DNA of 64,000 nucleotides from Octopus vulgaris (Eukaryota): assembly GCA_951406725.2 (NCBI GenBank), contig OX597819.1, forward strand, positions 43,276,001 to 43,340,000, read 5' to 3'. Shown here piece after piece: positions 58,197 to 64,000 of the stretch. The notes under the pieces were generated by a model. It did no database searches. It saw only the letters and a list, made by a program, of their open reading frames with translations, and was not told where the DNA came from. A program made the translations under genes and the position numbers. Position 1 is the first letter of the stretch. Each line of letters begins with the position of its first letter.

Positions 58197-58549
58197 TGTA
58201 TTATATATATACACATATCTTTTTGTCTGTGCGCGTGAGCATGTATATTTACATGTATAATACTCACACACATACAAAAGATTCGGCATGCTCAAAAAAA
58301 TTATATATATAAGACATGGATAAAGATGAAGATACCAAAATAACCCTAAGTTTAATATTGGTACTAAAACAATTGTAACCAATATTCAACTAATGTTATA
58401 ACGATTGCCTTCATCTTCTCGTCTTTTATACTGCTTTGCGCAGTTCTTAGATTTCAAATGTATATGGGTTCGAATTACCCCGAGGTTGACTTTACCTTTC
58501 ATCCTTCACTAAGGGCGCTGTAATCGGCCTAAAAATTAGTAGAAAAGGT

Positions 58550-58732
58550 TGTCGTTGTGGTTATCATTGTTGTTTGATGGCAACTTTCAACTTATTTTGC
58601 TGGGTATGATGGAAAGTATCAGCTGTCCACAACCAGCAGACTAAGGTGACACTTGTGTACTGATCATGCTTCAAGATCTCTTCGGAGAACTCTTGCAGTT
58701 CCAAGCAACGATGATTTTTGTAGGTGTTCTAG
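58550..58732 (-). mobile_element. R4/Dong-clade non-LTR retrotransposon 3' end
   Basis: 58732-58664 encodes LEHLQKSSLLGTARVLRRDLEA*, typical of R4/Dong C-termini (LQK..LLGTA.ILR..L). A 3' UTR and a degenerate AAT/AAC tail follow. Confidence 0.75.
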
Positions 58733-59627
58733 GATGTTGAACGAAATACCCATGTTTCCATAGGTGAATTATTCAAACCCCCCAAAATCCCTCTCAACAC
58801 ATGGCTACGATGCTCCCCCACTACTTCTGCTCGTGATCAGAGATGCACATATCGTCAGCCACTAAGGGACATGGTCAACTGGTTAAGGTCAAACAACTGA
58901 CAAGCAAATCAGTGGTATTGAGCAGAATATTTGCTGTAGCCCATCTTTTATACCAAGACAATACAATGTACATGATAACACGTCCAATCAGTTAAGATCA
59001 GAAGCCACGAGAGCAACTGCATAGTACTGCACCAGGGCATTTTATTATCATTATTATTATTATTGAGTGAGAGAGCAGTGCATGCCATCAAAGTGACACT
59101 GGGGTAAAATATACGAAGCCCAATATACCCATCATGACTACCCGTCTGATAATGGTACACCAGGCACATGCATCACAACCATATGTGCGCGACATGGTGA
59201 TCTCATACCAAGATAAACAGCACATGGCCTTGCAGGTGGACCCCAGTTAGAATTTTCTTCAGGTTGAGTAGCCCATCCCGCTCAAAAGGTCCCTGAATAA
59301 GGGTTGTTTAAGGATGTTGAAAGAACCACCCATGTTTCCAGAGATGAATTATTCAAACCCCAAAGAATCCCTCTCAACACATGGCTATGATGCTCCCCCA
59401 CTACTTCTGCTCGTGATCAGAAATGCACATATCGTCAGCCACTAAGGGACATGCTCAACTGGTTAAGGTCAAACAACTGACAAGCAAATCAGTGGTATTG
59501 AGCAGAATATTTGCTGTAGCCCATCTTTTATACCAAGACAATACAATGTACATGATAACACGTCCAATCAGTTAAGATCAGAAGCCACGAGAGCAACTGC
59601 ATAGTACTGCACCAGGGCATTTTATTA

Positions 59628-59644
<17 letters not shown>
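58731..59644 (-). mobile_element. Tandem non-autonomous retroelement units (about 330-bp block duplicated, 580-bp period) in ATT repeats
   Basis: 58731-59064 and 59311-59644 are near-identical, and each unit borders an (ATT)n tract. Confidence 0.85.
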
Positions 59645-59685
<41 letters not shown>

Positions 59686-59819
59686 CATCATCATTATTAT
59701 TTTTATTATTATCTTCCTTTATTATACTTTCATTTTAATGTCTAAGATTGTGAGATTAACCGCATTTTGAAGTTACATTTGTGCATTTTTGAAAATCCAT
59801 ATTTTTTTCGAATTTTTCA

Positions 59820-59960
59820 TTGTCCAATCAAAGTCGAGCGAGAAGGCAAATTTCTCTAGAAATGAAAATTAAAACATTTAAGGAACTTCAGAATGGAAAG
59901 ACGAAACCTGCGAAAGAAATAATTGAATTTGATGGCATAAAAGATGCACAGACACATTGC
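59820..59960 (+). mobile_element. Tigger/pogo-like transposase N-terminal HTH fragment
   Basis: RRQISLEMKIKTFKELQNG resembles the CENP-B/Tigger N-terminal motif KRK.lsLe.Ki.ii..le.G. Confidence 0.45.
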
Positions 59961-60039
59961 AAATTTACCAGCGCATACTCAAAAAAGGAAGACTTTTCGT
60001 GCATTAAAGCTCATAGGAGGCGTAACTTCGCATATAGTA

Positions 60040-61010
60040 AGTACTCAGGCTGATTTTAGAGAATTTTATTTGGAATAAAGAGTAGTGTTATGTACCATCA
60101 AATTAGAGTAATACAAAGACGACGAACCTATCTGATTTCAACATCACTATCTCTAACACATCTCTTGCAGAAGTTGACCACTTTGTCTATCTTGGGACTA
60201 TTCTGTTTAAACAAATGTTTTTCGGAAAAGGATGAGGAATACAGAAATAGATCAACCAATTTTGCAATAAAAATTAGATAAATTTTTTTTAAACTGGCAA
60301 AATGGTGCCTTCAACCAAAAATCGAAAACATCGGTCTATCAAACTGTCGTCATCTCACTATTATTATATGATTGTGAAACATTTATTTTATCACTGGGAC
60401 GTCAAAAAGCTTCATACCAACTTAACTCTTTGCCTGTCCTGTGTATCATATGTGGTATACAGGACTTATTTCCCTGGCATTTATGTATCAAATATGATAC
60501 ACATTTCCTATTTTTTAAACTACTACAACAGCTTTGAAATTATGAAAGGAAAGCTTTATATTAATTACTCAGAACATATAAAACAAGAACTAACTAAAAG
60601 TCTGAAAAGAAGCAAGGTCGGTCAACCTTATGAAAATGCTTTGGACAAGTAAAGGGTTAACTATCAAATGGGAGAACTACGTAACCGACAATGTTGTCCA
60701 AGTAATAAAAACCAACAGCTGAAGTCTTGAGTCAACCATGATGAAACATTAGCTTCGATTTTCAGGGTAAGTGGTTAGAATGAAAAGAGAGTGGTGTTCC
60801 CAACCATTTAGAAATGACTATAGGGTGGTTCTGTCCTCCGCTATAAGACACCAGCTGAATCTACCTTCAAAATGCCTGTATAGAAATAAAAACCTGGATC
60901 TGAAGGGCAGGACTGCACCAACTGGTGTCGCTTACATTACTACAAGAACTTTTTTTTTTTTGAAGCTGAGGAAGAAAAGTTAGAGAAAAATTTAAAGGAC
61001 ACAAGATAGA
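60040..61010 (+). mobile_element. Degenerate RTE-clade LINE, RT thumb / C-terminal region
   Basis: Frameshifted pieces ITISNTSLAEVDHFVYLGTIL, SVYQTVVISLLLYDCET and VVRMKRE match the RTE motifs V..F.YLGS, vY...V...LLYG.EtW and GHv.RM. Confidence 0.8.
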
Positions 61011-61539
61011 ACAATGCTAATCGGAACTGGTGAAGTTGTTGACTGATTGCTGGAGTTTCTTGTGTGTGAATTAGAAAGTGTGATTATCATCAGCATATTG
61101 AAGCTCTGATATGTGGAGGTTGTTGGTTTAGTCGATGAAACAGTAATCTGGCTGTGTTAAATAATTCACCATCAAAACCTTATCTGATGAAAACAACTGG
61201 AATGTCTGGAGGAATTTAAAAGAAAACGCCGCAGACAAATATAAAGAAGACAGTAGATGCAAGTCCTAAACCCTGCTTCAATCTACATGGAATCAGGATC
61301 TGTTTCGATGAAAACTTCTGTGTTGAGGTTCCTGAGGTTCGATATCCTGGAAGGAAAGAACAGATTCAATATTAGTCTGCGGGCGTTGCCCACAATAAGA
61401 GCATGTGAGCAAGAACACAATTAGATTGAGGAGCAGAAGCCATTATAGTAACGATGAAAACAAAGCACCGAGAAAGAGGGAGAGAGAGAGAAAGAGAGAC
61501 TAGGTATCCCTCAAAGAGAACTCAATACATGAATAAGAG

Positions 61540-61594
<55 letters not shown>

Positions 61595-61729
61595 ATTTAT
61601 GTATGTATAAATAAGGAATTTCACTTCAAACAATTTATGAAGGTATGTGCATGATTAACAAATATTTTTACCAGGACGGGTACGGCCCTACTTAGAAGAT
61701 AACTCTTGAAGTTTACTTTGCAACTATGA

Positions 61730-62070
61730 GGTTTCGGGTTCAGTCTCACTGTACAAGTTTCTTCTACATTGGGCAAGTGTCTTCTACTGTAACCCTGGAC
61801 CGATGAATGTCTTGTGGGTGAATTTCGTTGGCAGGAACTATGTGGAAGCTCATCGTATATGTGTGTGTGTGTATGTGCGTGCGCGTGCCTGTGTATATAT
61901 GTATATGTGTGTGTGCATATACAAATATGCTTCTTTCAGTTACCGCCAACCAAATTCACTTAAAAGGCATTCGGGCCATAGAAGACATCCATCAAAGGTA
62001 TCATGTAGTGGGACTGAACCCGGAACCATGTGGTTGGGAAGCAAATTTCCAACCACAGTCATGCCTTCGG
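61730..62070. mobile_element. Two SINE family A heads in convergent inverted orientation
   Basis: 61730-61860 (plus) and 61930-62070 (minus) flank a GT/AT microsatellite. Confidence 0.7.
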
Positions 62071-63276
62071 CTATAAAAGAAAAAACTACCTCCGTGTCTT
62101 TGTGCGTAAATCTATGTATCTCTTTCTCTCCCCCTCTGTTTCTCTCTTATACACAGACACACACATACACACACACGCACACACACAAGACAAGCTATAA
62201 ACAATGGTCCATTATATATTTTTCCTTTATTAGAGCAAATTTGGCTTACAGCTGTTTCATTATAGGTACATTACGGATAGCTTTACTCAGTTATTCTATT
62301 AATCAGTTGAGGAAAATTGAACAACCTAAAAAGACTAATGCTACTTTCGTCATTGCCATTTGTGTTTATCTGGTTATACATTAATTATTATATTTACCGA
62401 CTATGATGCGATATCTAATATGATATGCTAGCTAACTCCGTGCCGTCAAAAATGGCGGTTAATTGTCGTATTTTATATACAAATAAGGTACAGAAACAAG
62501 TTTTTAGTTTAATAATTCCCTTATTACCAAATTTTTTGTGAAAAATCTCTCCGCAATTAACATCCCTTGACTGTTTGTTTCCTTTAAAGAGTTTTCCTTC
62601 CTTCTTGTACGACTTCAGGCCGCATAAAGCTGGCCGTGACTAAATACGGGATAGAATATAGAACATTCTATCAATGTTATCTGGTGGTTATCAATGTTAT
62701 CAATGTTATCTGGTGGTTGTCTTTTGAGATGTGACATCGATCACCGTTTGTTACTGAAAGAAAGCTGATTCACACATACACACATTCACATACTTCCCTT
62801 GTACACGCACATACATACACACATATACTCACGCAGAGTTGAAATGCTGTTTGACTTTTCTTTTCAGTTTTGAATGTTCACCAACCCACTTCCATTGCAC
62901 ACACACAGACACATCTCACACTTATACATACACTCTCACAGAGTTGAAACGCTGTTTGATTTTTTTCACCATAAAATTTCCATCATCCCACTACCAAGTT
63001 TGCCACCGCTCATTCCTTCCTTATTCATCTATCACACCTTCCTTTCTCATTCATATGTTGTGACGGAGAAAAACACATAAGTATTATTACAGCAGTTAAG
63101 ACACACGACGCTCTCTTTACCGCTTCCTCTCTCTCATTGCTATTACTTTCTCTCACTCCCTCTCAGTCATAGCTATTACTCTCACTACTTCTCCTTCACT
63201 GAATTACTATTTTCTGTCCTCTCCCTTGACTTATACTACTCTTTCTCCTACTTCCTCCTACTGCGTGATTTTGGAC

Positions 63277-63337
<61 letters not shown>

Positions 63338-63743
63338 GCACACACACACAAATATGTAAAAACACTACGCTCATTATTATATTAGGAGATGATATAATAT
63401 AATGCATATATTATATTACATTATACTATATGTCGCATGTCGCATCATAGCCGGTAGATAAAATAATGAATGTAAAAAATATAAAGCATTTGGTATAGGT
63501 AATAGAATAAATATATTTTGCACTTGTAAGAGACAGAAATTAACTTAATACTAGGGCTACAATTGCTTTCGTGATCTCGAACTTCAGGCTTTGTTCATCT
63601 CCAAATCGTATAAACATATTTTTGTACTATGTGAAAATAAGCAAGGCCTGGGAAGACCCTGATGGCGAACCTAATGACAAATAAGCTAACACGATAAGTT
63701 AACTCATATTGCCTTATAAAACACACGTATGTTTACACACAGT

Positions 63744-63797
<54 letters not shown>

Positions 63798-64000
63798 AGT
63801 TGTGTAAATTGGGATTGGCTTTCATTCAAACATGAGATATTAAAAACACGACTTCGTGTTTCAGCCCTCTATTTATTACGATTTCCTAATATCTTAATAG
63901 CCCGTTATGTTTCATTTGGTACATTAACGTTTCGAGATTTTCTCAAATCCTCATTTTTCAAAATAATCTCCAGTAATGTCATGTAGTCAAAGCGTTCTGC

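Noticed and set aside
59400-59500. HDV-like ribozyme in the 5' block of the TAA-associated element
   Set aside because: A P1-like pairing (gtcagt/gctgac) exists, but the L3, P1.1 GG and J4/2 features could not be fitted.

Overview
AT-rich, microsatellite-saturated animal genomic DNA, most likely from an octopus (inferred from the tRNA-derived SINE families and extreme TA/CA/GATA repeat content). The only real protein-coding signal is the 5' end of a TCF/LEF (pangolin) Wnt-effector gene on the minus strand. Exon 1 (37583-37726) encodes the beta-catenin-binding domain, exon 2 is at 37019-37094, and intron 2 appears to run at least 37 kb off the left edge. The rest is repeats: two tRNA-SINE families, a third dispersed repeat family, fragments of RTE, R4/Dong, BEL/Pao and Tigger/mariner elements, MITE-like hairpins, and Penelope-type hammerhead ribozyme motifs. 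One hammerhead (53845-53940, minus) has a fully intact catalytic core. Nearly all ORFs in the supplied track are microsatellite artefacts. All calls were made by eye, and repeat boundaries are approximate.
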